A stretch of 64,000 nt of DNA from Candidatus Kaiserbacteria bacterium (GTDB lineage: Bacteria; Patescibacteriota; Minisyncoccia; Phycocordibacterales; Phycocordibacteraceae): the NCBI GenBank assembly GCA_027451665.1, contig DAIDIW010000002.1, positions 146,766 to 210,765 on the forward strand, written 5' to 3'. The number at the start of each line of letters is the position of its first letter. Positions within the stretch are counted from its first letter, which is position 1. Positions 28,956-38,343 of this stretch are shown piece by piece. The translations under genes and the position numbers were made by a program. The notes under the pieces were generated by a model. That model made no database searches. It was not told the origin of the DNA and saw nothing but the letters and a program-made list of their open reading frames with translations.

Positions 28956-29825
28956 TCAGCGCTCGAGAGCCGGAACTCCCTCATGAGGCATAGCGAGCAG
29001 CCCTTCGGCCTCGGCGAGCAGCTCGCCTACCCCCTCGGGTGCCAAGTGGAGAGGATCGAGCAACGTGCGGTCCGCGACGATCTGGTCTACTGCCACGACA
29101 CGAGCATCAATGAGTAGCCGTTTTTCGGCTCTCGAGAGGCTGGTGAGCGCGGTGATTGGGTAGACGCGGGCGCGGTACATGCGCGTAAGGAGGCAGTCCT
29201 GCCGCGGATAGCTCCAGCCTAGGAGCTCAACGCCTGCACACTCGGCGTATGCGATCGCCTCGCTCGTGAATTTAGTGTTCGTCACAAGAAGGCCGCGATC
29301 GATGGGGCAGGTACGTTCGGCGGGATCACAGGCGAAGATGTCATCGAACCGGCTCTTCACATAGAGCGCAACCTTGAGATCTGTTTTGTAGCCCGGATCG
29401 TTGTGATACTTGAGCTCGGCCGCCAGATATTCCCCGCGTCCCGGATGCGACGCATAGAAGTCGGTCTCATGCGTCACGCACTTGCCCCTTATGAGTTTTC
29501 GTGTCTCGACCGTCCAACCTTCAGCTGCGAAAAGATGCGAGACGAAGTCCTCGAACGGATGTCCGGAGGGCCCGAATTCCAGCATCGCGCGACGAAGCGC
29601 ATAGCGCGCCGCTACGGGGCGGCCTTCCTTGCGCAAGAGCGAAAAAGCGCGTGCATAGACTTCTTTCGAAGTGGTGCCCGCAACGATCGTCGAGCGAATC
29701 TGCTCCGAAATATCCTCCGCGGCGCGTGTCGCTGCGCCGGCACGGCGCAGCGACGACACGAGACGCTCCGGATCGAATGCCTCGGTCGTCCCGTCTGCCT
29801 TGATGATGGGAGGAAGCGCGCTCAT
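28956..29825 (-). CDS. ATP-cone domain fused to a restriction-endonuclease-like domain
   Basis: IIKADGTTEAFDPERL (ATP-cone); GHPFEDFV...HETD...ELKYHN (PD-(D/E)xK-like); LVTNTKFTSEA. Confidence 0.75.
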   Translation of the reverse strand: MSALPPIIKADGTTEAFDPERLVSSLRRAGAATRAAEDISEQIRSTIVAGTTSKEVYARAFSLLRKEGRPVAARYALRRAMLEFGPSGHPFEDFVSHLFAAEGWTVETRKLIRGKCVTHETDFYASHPGRGEYLAAELKYHNDPGYKTDLKVALYVKSRFDDIFACDPAERTCPIDRGLLVTNTKFTSEAIAYAECAGVELLGWSYPRQDCLLTRMYRARVYPITALTSLSRAEKRLLIDARVVAVDQIVADRTLLDPLHLAPEGVGELLAEAEGLLAMPHEGVPALER

Positions 29826-30229
29826 TGGACGGTCGTGCTTGCGGCTATCCCGTTCACGGTAACGACGACGGGCGCCCCCTTAGGGGCTACGACGGTCGTC
29901 GAGAACGGTATCTGCGTAGGAAGTTCGAGACACACGCCCGAATCGGGAGGCATATCAAGCGAGAGCGCTATCGAGGTGCTGGACGCTTTGGTCGTCGTTG
30001 CGTACGCGGTCACCGTCGCGCAAGCATCAGGCGCGAGTACGGCCCCTGCAAGCGTATGCGTGCCTCGGCGGTAGGTATCCGTGTAGGTCACTGAAGGCGT
30101 CGTCGTCGCAGGCGCCGGTGCACGGGCCACTTGCCCCAAATCCCTCGTATGCGGTACTGAGAGGGCGAACCCGCCAAGAATAAGTATCCCAATGATTCCT
30201 GCCGCGGTCCAGAAGCGCTTTGTTTGCAT
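29822..30229 (-). CDS. Hypothetical exported/membrane-anchored protein
   Basis: MQTKRFW followed by a TM helix; two Cys; TGCTACTAT-N6-ATG; ATGA overlap with the next gene. Confidence 0.65.
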   Translation of the reverse strand: MQTKRFWTAAGIIGILILGGFALSVPHTRDLGQVARAPAPATTTPSVTYTDTYRRGTHTLAGAVLAPDACATVTAYATTTKASSTSIALSLDMPPDSGVCLELPTQIPFSTTVVAPKGAPVVVTVNGIAASTTVQ

Positions 30230-30272
30230 ATCGCGATAGTAGCACAGGCGTCCGAGCCTCCGACAGACGCAC

Positions 30273-31268
30273 TCACGAAAGAATCGCGCCGCCCACGAGC
30301 GCGTTGTCCGCGTCATAAAAAACGATGGACTGGCCGGGTGCGTATGGCTCCGACAGGAGTTCATGAGGAATGAAGTGCGAAGTCTCGACGATTCCTCGTA
30401 TGCGCGGCCCTCGGTAGCGCAGTTGCGCCGCTACGGCGCGGTCCGGATCCTGTATCCAATTTTCATAATCGTAGGAGAGCGGCGCAATCGGTTGTGGATT
30501 TCGTTCGTGCGCGACGACGAGACGATTCTGCGTCATATCCTTCGCGCGGACAAACCACGGACCTGGCTGCTTGGTATCGAAAAGCGCGATGCGTTCGCCG
30601 AGCGTGTAGAGAACAGCACCTTCGTGGCGGCCGATCCGTATCCCTTCGGTATCGTATGCGTCGCCCGGGTCCGGATGAAAGGTCTGCCGAAGGAATTCGT
30701 CCACTGAAATATCGCCGAGGAAGCAAACCCCTTGCGAGTCGGGTTTCTCGGCTATGGGTAAGCCATATGCGCGTGCAAGTGCGCGCACCTCTTCCTTTGT
30801 CTTTCCCTTGAGCGGGAACATGAGCGCCTTCCACGTCGTCTTTGGTATGGCCCAGAGGAAATAACGCTGATCCTTTTCGCCATCAAGATAATGGCCTGTC
30901 GCGAGGTAATCGGCGCCATGTTCCTGCGCGAATGCGTAAAGCACGCCGAATTTTACCTCGCGATTGCACATCACGTCAGGATTCGGCGTACGTCCGGCTC
31001 CGTATTCCTTGATAAGGTAGTCGATCACGGCGCGCTTATAGGCTTCGCGCGCGTCGAGTGTCATGAACGGAAGCTGGAGGCGCGCTGCCACGCGCATCGC
31101 GTCGCGGCGATCTTCCGCCCAAGTACAAGGCATGCCGGGGGGGTACCACCCCTTTACGAATACCGCATACACGTCAGCGCCGGCTTCCTTAATGAGCGCT
31201 GCGCTCACAGCCGAATCCACGCCGCCTGAGAGCCCTACGAACACGCGCTTTCCGCGGAGGTCCTGCAT
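30273..31268 (-). CDS. mnmA: tRNA 2-thiouridylase
   Basis: SGGVDS, PNPDVMCN, ATGHY, KDQ.YFL, DSQGVCF, PGQ. Confidence 0.92.
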   Translation of the reverse strand: MQDLRGKRVFVGLSGGVDSAVSAALIKEAGADVYAVFVKGWYPPGMPCTWAEDRRDAMRVAARLQLPFMTLDAREAYKRAVIDYLIKEYGAGRTPNPDVMCNREVKFGVLYAFAQEHGADYLATGHYLDGEKDQRYFLWAIPKTTWKALMFPLKGKTKEEVRALARAYGLPIAEKPDSQGVCFLGDISVDEFLRQTFHPDPGDAYDTEGIRIGRHEGAVLYTLGERIALFDTKQPGPWFVRAKDMTQNRLVVAHERNPQPIAPLSYDYENWIQDPDRAVAAQLRYRGPRIRGIVETSHFIPHELLSEPYAPGQSIVFYDADNALVGGAILS

Positions 31269-31308
31269 GGAGCCATCCTACGGAGCATAGGTGTTCCATG
31301 CAACCGCG

Positions 31309-32316
31309 CTATGAGTGGAGATAGAGCCGCTGATTCGCAAGCTGCTCGGGATACGTCCTCGCATAATGCATGAGGCCGTCCGTCCCGGTGAGATAATAGA
31401 GATCATCAGTCTTGGCAGGCTCAGCGGCCGCAGTAAGTGAATCGAGCCCCGGATTATCGATCGGGCCGGGCGGGAGTCCCCTGTGGAGGTAGGTATTGTA
31501 AGGGGAGTCGACCCCGAGATCTACAAGCGAAGGCGCGTAGGTGCTTCGATTGAAGATGAAACCGAAGACGGCATCAACCTGAAGCGGCATGCCATCATTG
31601 ATACGATTCCACAAGATACCGGACACCATCCGCCGAGAATCGGGCGTACGCGCCTCCTTCTCTATAAGCGATGCCATGATCACTATTTGGGAAAGAGTGT
31701 GTCCGGACGCGTGAATCGCCGACAAAAGTGACGCAATCTTAGCATTAAAGTTATCATGCATAGTCTTGACGATGGTTTGAGCGGTTGCATCCGGCGGAAA
31801 AAGATACGTGTCTGGGAAGAGATAACCTTCGTCTGGACCGGCGACCGTAATAAAATCAGATACCGATATCCCCGGATACGCGGCCGCAACCTTCGCCGCC
31901 ATATCACGCACGGTCTCGCCTTCTGCAAAGGTTATGCGAGTCGGCGGGATACCGAAGATTCCCGCACCGAGGCGCGACGCGACGCGAAACATGTCCTCGG
32001 GATACGTGAGGCGGTAAGGGCCGGGGTGAATGTGCGCACTCGCCCCTGTAAACCGTAAGAGATATCGGAACGCAAGCGCTGAGCGCACGACGTGATCTCG
32101 CGCGAGCACCTGCGCCACCTCCTCAGCCGAAGCGCCTTGAGGAATTGTGACTAACGAGTCGCGCGGATACCCTGCAGGAGGCGAAGCGAGAAGCCAGTAC
32201 GCGAAAGCAACCACGAGGACAAAGGCGCACACGATTGCCCAGATCGCGCGGTAGCGGATGAAATGGGCGCTTAAGCTCGACCGCGCAGCGGCGATGATGC
32301 GTGAAAGGTAGCCCAT
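31309..32316 (-). CDS. mltG: Endolytic transglycosylase MltG
   Basis: EGYLFPDTY, MASLIEKEA, MPLQVD, SPYNTY...GLPPGPI. Confidence 0.93.
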   Translation of the reverse strand: MGYLSRIIAAARSSLSAHFIRYRAIWAIVCAFVLVVAFAYWLLASPPAGYPRDSLVTIPQGASAEEVAQVLARDHVVRSALAFRYLLRFTGASAHIHPGPYRLTYPEDMFRVASRLGAGIFGIPPTRITFAEGETVRDMAAKVAAAYPGISVSDFITVAGPDEGYLFPDTYLFPPDATAQTIVKTMHDNFNAKIASLLSAIHASGHTLSQIVIMASLIEKEARTPDSRRMVSGILWNRINDGMPLQVDAVFGFIFNRSTYAPSLVDLGVDSPYNTYLHRGLPPGPIDNPGLDSLTAAAEPAKTDDLYYLTGTDGLMHYARTYPEQLANQRLYLHS

Positions 32317-32319
32317 GCG

Positions 32320-33690
32320 CTAGGTGGGCAGATTTGCCGGTGCCTCGCTTGTTGAAGACTCGATCCGCGTGAGGCTTGGGGTTGCGACTGCAGCAGAAGG
32401 TATATGGAAGATCGTCGCGAGCTCCTCGGTGCTCATCACCATGGGGTCCGGCATCTTGAACGGGTCATGGAAATACTGACGACGGCGATACGCTTCGACA
32501 AGCTCGCGGCGAAAGACGTCCTTACGCTTCTCGTTGCCTATTTCCCAGGGATAATCGCTGAACATGATGCCGAAGTGGGCTGCCTTGAATCCGTTCCGGT
32601 CCTCCGCGTTGAACGGTTTCCAAAGCGAAATCATTCCCGTGATATTGACCGGATCGAAGGCATCAGGTTCTGCAACATAAACGCCTCGGATACCGACATC
32701 GAACGCAAGTTTTGAGACGTTGCGTTCTATTGCCGCGATCTTCTCGCTCTGCCCCTTCGTCGGGTTTGGGAATCCTTCAGTCTCGCGCATCTCTCCGCTA
32801 AATACGTCGCGATACGCAAAAGTACGGACCGTCTCCTTCCGGATATCATCGACGAGTTCGAGAGCCTTATCGCGCCAGGTATACGGTTTGCCGTCAGGCT
32901 TCATTTTCCCGTACTTCTCCCCTGCATGGATGCGGAAGATAATCTGGAGCCAGAAGTTCTCGCCCGGCCCCATCGAGCCGAGAAATTCGGTCAAGTGGGC
33001 AAACGGGTCAACCTGTTCGTTCTCCTTTTGTGTCTTATCAAGCCCGTAATCAACATAGGTCTTGATGGGTATGGGGTCGTTCTTATCCGTATGTTTGAAG
33101 TCGCAACCCCAGACGCCGTATTCCTCGGGTTTCGCGCTTATAAACCGCGTGTAATCCTCCACCTCGACGAGCTGCACACCGGGGTATTGGGCATAGAATG
33201 CATTCTCGACGAGCTTCCTAAAGTTCTCGCGCGTCCAGATATAGAAGTGCACTTGTCCACCGAACGAGACGAGCTCGATCGACCAATAGGGACGGACCTG
33301 TCCCTGAATATACTTTTGATACCAGTTACTTTCCCCTTTCGTGTAGTGAATCGCGGAGAATACCGCCTCCATCGCAAGCGGCGTTTTCGCCAGATTGCGT
33401 GGCGGACGAATTTCAAGCAGTACTACCTTTTGCTTCGCGATGAACTCGGACCGGGCAAGCAGAAGCCAGGTATGCCACGAGGCGTCAAGAATGACGGCAG
33501 GGAGCCACAGTGGCGAGAGAAAAAGCGCAAGCTCGATGCCGTGGACGGTGGCGTACGGGAAGAAAACGTAAAAGGTGAAGATTCCAACGAGGCCGCCAAT
33601 GAAAGGCGGCCAGGAGAATGGTCGCACGCCCGCTTTATCGCGCGATTTGTCGACGAGTTCCTCGAGCTCTTCAAAAAACGGTAGGTGCAT
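32320..33690 (-). CDS. Conserved CPR-type membrane protein resembling N-terminal domains of CPR VirD4/HerA-like ATPases
   Basis: N-terminal TMs; LLEIRPPR, SIELVS..GQVHFYIW, YAQYP, EELATIFHIP; no Walker motif. Confidence 0.55.
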   Translation of the reverse strand: MHLPFFEELEELVDKSRDKAGVRPFSWPPFIGGLVGIFTFYVFFPYATVHGIELALFLSPLWLPAVILDASWHTWLLLARSEFIAKQKVVLLEIRPPRNLAKTPLAMEAVFSAIHYTKGESNWYQKYIQGQVRPYWSIELVSFGGQVHFYIWTRENFRKLVENAFYAQYPGVQLVEVEDYTRFISAKPEEYGVWGCDFKHTDKNDPIPIKTYVDYGLDKTQKENEQVDPFAHLTEFLGSMGPGENFWLQIIFRIHAGEKYGKMKPDGKPYTWRDKALELVDDIRKETVRTFAYRDVFSGEMRETEGFPNPTKGQSEKIAAIERNVSKLAFDVGIRGVYVAEPDAFDPVNITGMISLWKPFNAEDRNGFKAAHFGIMFSDYPWEIGNEKRKDVFRRELVEAYRRRQYFHDPFKMPDPMVMSTEELATIFHIPSAAVATPSLTRIESSTSEAPANLPT

Positions 33691-33762
33691 GGTTGCGTTG
33701 CACCTAGTGTAGCAGAAACGCGCACCGCTTGAGACAAAGCAGCCCGCGTTCGTGTGAATTGA

Positions 33763-34833
33763 TTACGCTACGGTGTACGTGCCGTCCTTCGTGCGCTTGA
33801 AATGCTTCGGGTCATTCAGATTAACGAGGATGGTATTGTCTTTCACGATACGCGCTTTCTTCACGCGCTTCACAATGTCTTCCTTCGTGAGAGGGCCGGA
33901 TTCCTCAAGGACCTCGCGGATGACATCGCGTACGACGCCTGGCTTATAGCCCCATTCGGTGAGCGCATAGAGACCACGACCGACAAGCACGAAACGCGGA
34001 TCCTTGATGAGCTCGTTGTGCGTGGTGGCGACATGCGCTTTCTTAGAGAAGGTCGTCGTGATTGTCTTTGCTACATCCGCAAAGTGCATGGGCTCGCCTT
34101 TTCGCTTAATCGTAAGATACGCGTAATCCCGTATCCCCTTCGTACGTATGGCCGGCGCTGATACGCGGCCCCATTCGGACAGCGGATTCCTGCCGAGCTT
34201 TTTCGAAAGCGAGAGCCACCGCTTCAATACTTCCTCGTCGCGGTAGGCGTCATTCACGTTCTTAAGCTCATCGAGGAAGCGGTCGAGAAGTTCCGATTCC
34301 GGAACGATCTCGTCATCTTTGAGCGACCCGTAGAGTGCGGTCAGGGCTTCATGGATTTTCTTCGCGGTTGCAGCATCGATATGCCAGCGCGCGAGGAACT
34401 CATCAGTCTCGCGTTCGCGATAAAACGCTGAACCGAGCATGAGGAGAAAACGGAACCGGTTACGGCCCTTCTCATCGGTCGCGAGCGATTCCAACAGCTC
34501 TTCCTCTGACACCATGGCGCCGAGTTGGTCGATATGATCGGCAAGCTCCTCAAACGCGCCGGACGCATCCTTGAATGCAACACTTGCGCGGATCGATTCG
34601 AGGCCTGCGGCCTCGATCTGACGCACGCGTTCACGTGTGATGCCTGACCGATCGCCGATCGCCTCGAGCGTCTCGCGCTTCGTATTCGCTCCTAGCCCGA
34701 AGCGGCGCACGAGCACGTCGCGCGGACGTTCTGCGGCAGCCGCAAGAAGTTTCTTCACGACGGCTACGCTGTCAAACGTGAAGGTGGTCCTGCTTCGACC
34801 CGGCGTCAGCTTCGTCTTGTTTTTCATAGGCAT
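33763..34833 (-). CDS. Sigma-70 region-4-like HTH fused to winged-helix (HARE-HTH/RpoE-delta-like) domains
   Basis: RRFGL...TLEAIG....ITRERVRQIE; C-terminal GEPMHF, HNELIKDPRFVLVGRGLYALTEWG. Confidence 0.75.
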   Translation of the reverse strand: MPMKNKTKLTPGRSRTTFTFDSVAVVKKLLAAAAERPRDVLVRRFGLGANTKRETLEAIGDRSGITRERVRQIEAAGLESIRASVAFKDASGAFEELADHIDQLGAMVSEEELLESLATDEKGRNRFRFLLMLGSAFYRERETDEFLARWHIDAATAKKIHEALTALYGSLKDDEIVPESELLDRFLDELKNVNDAYRDEEVLKRWLSLSKKLGRNPLSEWGRVSAPAIRTKGIRDYAYLTIKRKGEPMHFADVAKTITTTFSKKAHVATTHNELIKDPRFVLVGRGLYALTEWGYKPGVVRDVIREVLEESGPLTKEDIVKRVKKARIVKDNTILVNLNDPKHFKRTKDGTYTVA

Positions 34834-34879
34834 GTGGTCTAGTTTATAGCAAATGTTTCGAGAATCGTCAATTTTGTGG

Positions 34880-37744
34880 TCAAACGACGATATTAAGAAT
34901 ACGTCCCGGTACGTACACGGTTCTGTGCGTGCCGGCCGCAAGCGCTTCCGCAACTGCCGGGATAGCGCGTGCGGCCGCGCACGCTTCCTCTTCCGTAGCG
35001 TCCGGGGCAAGCGTGACCTCTCCGCGGCGTTTTCCATTCACCTGGACGGCGAGGGTAATGACACGGTCCACAAGAAGCTCCGGCGCGTAGCGAGGCCATG
35101 CGTTCGCGTGCACGGATCCCTCCCCTCCAAGCGAAGCCCAGAGCCGTTCAGTGATGTGCGGAGCGAACGGCGCAAGAAGCTGTACATAGGCGCGCATGCT
35201 CTGCTTCGAGAGCGTTTGTTCTCGTTCAAGCTCATTGAGCAGTGCCATGAGCGTTGCGACGGCGGTATTCAGCTTGAATCGATCTCCGTCCTCCGCGATC
35301 TTCACGCTCGCGCGCGCAAGCCCGCGTTCTTCCCCCTCTGTAGGCGCCGCATCGCTCGCGCGCGCCGCCTGGCGGATAACGCGTTCGATGAATCGGCGCA
35401 TGGAAGGAACGCCGTCGAGGTGCCAAGGATAGCTGCCCGGCTCGTTATACGGGCCGATGAACGCCAGATAGATGCGTACCGCATCAGCTCCATACTCTTC
35501 CACCACCTCATCGGGATTGATGACGTTTCCCTTCGACTTGCTCATTTTCTGACCGTCAGGACCCATGATGAGTCCCCGATTGAATCGCTCCTCGAAGGGC
35601 TCCTCGACCGGTACGAGCGCAAGGTCGTGCAATGCTTTGATGAAGAAGCGGGCGTACAGCAGATGCATCGTGGTGTGCTCGCTGCCGCCTGAGTAACGAT
35701 CCACGGGGAGCCATCTCTTCATGCGCCTCCCGTCTGAGAAATCGTTTGCATCCTTCGGATCAAGATATCGCAAGAAGTACCATGAAGAATCAACGAACGT
35801 ATCCAAGGTGTCGTATTCCGGCGTCCATCCCGCTCCAAAGATTCGTGTGACCCGTTCGCGCAATTCCTCCGAGGATGCAAGCGGTGATTTACCAGTCGGT
35901 TTGAAATCGACATCGGTCGGTAGCAGCCACGGCAAATGCTCCGCTGGAATCGCGTGCGGCTTCCCCTCGGGGTCATAGACAATAGGGATCGGGCAGCCCC
36001 AGTAGCGTTGTCGAGAGACGAGCCAGTCACGCAGACGGTAATTCGTGGTGCGTTCGCCGCCCGCGTACTCGATAATGTCAGAGAACGCCTCGCGATTGTC
36101 TCTGCCGTCGAACGTGCCGGAATTAATGAGGTAGCCGTCGCCCGTAAGCGCGATTTCTTCGTGCAAGAGCTGCCACATCTGCTTTTGATGCGCCGGCGTA
36201 AGCCGTCCAAGCATCTCATGCTCCTCAATCCAGGAGAGCGTATGCTTCTTCGCTTCATCATCCGGAATCTTTCCCTTGCCTTCGAGCGAATCGATCTCGG
36301 CGAGGAGCGCATACGTATGCGCGCAGCGATTCTCTCCCTTGTGTGAGGCGCAGTAACGCGCGGCTGTTATGAATGGCACCCGCTTGGTGATGTGCGCGCC
36401 CACAAGTGCGGCTTCCTCGCTGATCTCCCTCACGGCTGCTTCTTCCGGTGTCTCCCCAGCGTCGATACCGCCCATAATGGCCGTCGCGATCCCTTCGAGC
36501 GGGCCATGCCAATCGAGAATGGCGAACTTGCCGGTCGAGCGATCCCTAAGATGCACCACTACCGTATCGCGCTTCACCTCCTCAAACTCAGGGCGCGGCG
36601 GGTTCGATACGTCATCGGCGCACGGGACAACTACCTGCCGAATCGCTAGCCCATGCTTCTTCGCGAACTCGAAGTCGCGCTCGTCATGCGCTGGGACCGC
36701 CATGACCGCTCCGGTGCCGTAGGAGCCGAGCACGTAGTCGGCAACATAGATGGGGATCGGTTCGTTCGTCGCCGGATTGATCGCTCTCACACCCTTGAGC
36801 TCCACCCCTGTCTTTTCCTTATTTTCACTTCGTTCACGCTCTGTTTTCCGCTTAGTGGCCTCTAGATAGCCGCGCACTTCATTGGCATTCTCAATTCGCC
36901 GCGCATCCTCGGTGGCCAGCTGGGTTACGAGAGAATGTTCCGGCGCAAGCACAAGGTAGGTAGCGCCGAAGATGGTGTCCGGCCTCGTCGTGAATACATC
37001 GACCACGTGCACTGCCTCCGAGGCGGAGGCCGCGTCACTAATGTCAAATCGCATGCGAGCGCCCTCGCTCTTCCCGATCCACGCTCGCTGCGCATCCTTG
37101 ATATCTTCGCGCCACGGCAGGCGTTCGAGCCCACTCAGGAGCCGGTCCGCATATTTCGTGATCTTGAGGAACCATTGGGTGAGCGTCCTTTCTTCCACTT
37201 CCGTGCCACAGCGCTCGCATCGGCCATCTATCACCTGTTCGTTCGCAAGCACCGTCTGGTCCTTTGGACACCATTTCACCGGCGCAGCTCGCCTCTCCGC
37301 AAGCCCGTGCTCGAAGAGTTTCGTAAACAACCACTGGGTCCATTGGTAATACGAAGGATCGCACGCGATTACCTCCTTCGACCAATCAAACGACGCGCCC
37401 ATGCTCTCGAGCTGCACGCGCATACGTTCGATATTCTGGTAGGTCCATTCTTTAGGATCAATGCCATTCTTGATAGCGGCGTTCTCGGCAGGGAGCCCGA
37501 ATGCATCGAACCCGATAGGAAAGAGGACGTTTTTACCGCGCGCACGCAGCATCCGCGCATAGATATCGGTTAGCGCGAACGCGTACCAATGGCCAATGTG
37601 GAGGTCTCCTGACGGATACGGGAATTCAACGAGGAGATAGTACGGGTCCGCATCGCTCGCGAGATCTGTCTCGTACAGATTAAGCTCCTTCCACATTGCC
37701 TGCGCTTCAGCCTCGACTTCGCGATGGTTGTACGTCCCTCCCAT
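34880..37744 (-). CDS. leuS: Leucine--tRNA ligase with an inserted NUDIX domain
   Basis: FPYPSGDLHIGH, FTTRPDT, GTGAVMAVPAHDERD, SRQRYWG, KMSKS; NUDIX box in the middle. Confidence 0.95.
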   Translation of the reverse strand: MGGTYNHREVEAEAQAMWKELNLYETDLASDADPYYLLVEFPYPSGDLHIGHWYAFALTDIYARMLRARGKNVLFPIGFDAFGLPAENAAIKNGIDPKEWTYQNIERMRVQLESMGASFDWSKEVIACDPSYYQWTQWLFTKLFEHGLAERRAAPVKWCPKDQTVLANEQVIDGRCERCGTEVEERTLTQWFLKITKYADRLLSGLERLPWREDIKDAQRAWIGKSEGARMRFDISDAASASEAVHVVDVFTTRPDTIFGATYLVLAPEHSLVTQLATEDARRIENANEVRGYLEATKRKTERERSENKEKTGVELKGVRAINPATNEPIPIYVADYVLGSYGTGAVMAVPAHDERDFEFAKKHGLAIRQVVVPCADDVSNPPRPEFEEVKRDTVVVHLRDRSTGKFAILDWHGPLEGIATAIMGGIDAGETPEEAAVREISEEAALVGAHITKRVPFITAARYCASHKGENRCAHTYALLAEIDSLEGKGKIPDDEAKKHTLSWIEEHEMLGRLTPAHQKQMWQLLHEEIALTGDGYLINSGTFDGRDNREAFSDIIEYAGGERTTNYRLRDWLVSRQRYWGCPIPIVYDPEGKPHAIPAEHLPWLLPTDVDFKPTGKSPLASSEELRERVTRIFGAGWTPEYDTLDTFVDSSWYFLRYLDPKDANDFSDGRRMKRWLPVDRYSGGSEHTTMHLLYARFFIKALHDLALVPVEEPFEERFNRGLIMGPDGQKMSKSKGNVINPDEVVEEYGADAVRIYLAFIGPYNEPGSYPWHLDGVPSMRRFIERVIRQAARASDAAPTEGEERGLARASVKIAEDGDRFKLNTAVATLMALLNELEREQTLSKQSMRAYVQLLAPFAPHITERLWASLGGEGSVHANAWPRYAPELLVDRVITLAVQVNGKRRGEVTLAPDATEEEACAAARAIPAVAEALAAGTHRTVYVPGRILNIVV

Positions 37745-37748
37745 ATGA

Positions 37749-38288
37749 TCAGTCCTTGAACTGTCTCACGCCTATCGTTAACAACCCGGTAAGCGCTGCT
37801 GTCGCGATGCAAAGACGCAGCCAATTCCCAGCAGTGCCCCAATATGCAGCACTTGCGATGATGAGCGCAAGGACGCCTCCGTACGATAGGCCGCCTGAGA
37901 CGGTGGATGCGCCGAGCGGAAGCAGTCCGATCACGAGCGCGGCGATGCCGAGTATCGTGAGTAGAATGAATGCGTAGAGCGCATGCTGCTCGCTGGCGGA
38001 CTGATACAGGGAATCGCAGGCCGCCGTAACGTCACAGTAGCCGGACGTCGCCTTTGCAGCAGATTGTGCGGGGGATGTCGTGTCGCTCCAGATGCCGCCA
38101 CGTGCGTCGCACGTGGCTGCGTCGAGTGGCGCCGACTGCGTTACGAGCGGGCAGAAGTGGTCGAGTGTCGGCGTTGGAAGCGCGAGCGAAAGCATGACAG
38201 AAAAAGAGACATTCAAAACAACGACGATGCCGAACATGAGCGCCCCCCGTACGAATCTCGGGTGCCTCTTACCCGCGGCTGACTCCAT
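37749..38288 (-). CDS. Hypothetical membrane protein (about 4 TM, Cys-containing loop)
   Basis: Hydrophobic helices; loop with C...CDARGGIW...GYCD; TGGTACAAT-N8-ATG 38288. Confidence 0.7.
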   Translation of the reverse strand: MESAAGKRHPRFVRGALMFGIVVVLNVSFSVMLSLALPTPTLDHFCPLVTQSAPLDAATCDARGGIWSDTTSPAQSAAKATSGYCDVTAACDSLYQSASEQHALYAFILLTILGIAALVIGLLPLGASTVSGGLSYGGVLALIIASAAYWGTAGNWLRLCIATAALTGLLTIGVRQFKD

Positions 38289-38343
38289 AGCGATGGATTG
38301 TACCACGCTTTCATGAATTTGGAGTTCGGCGTCACCGGGACGG

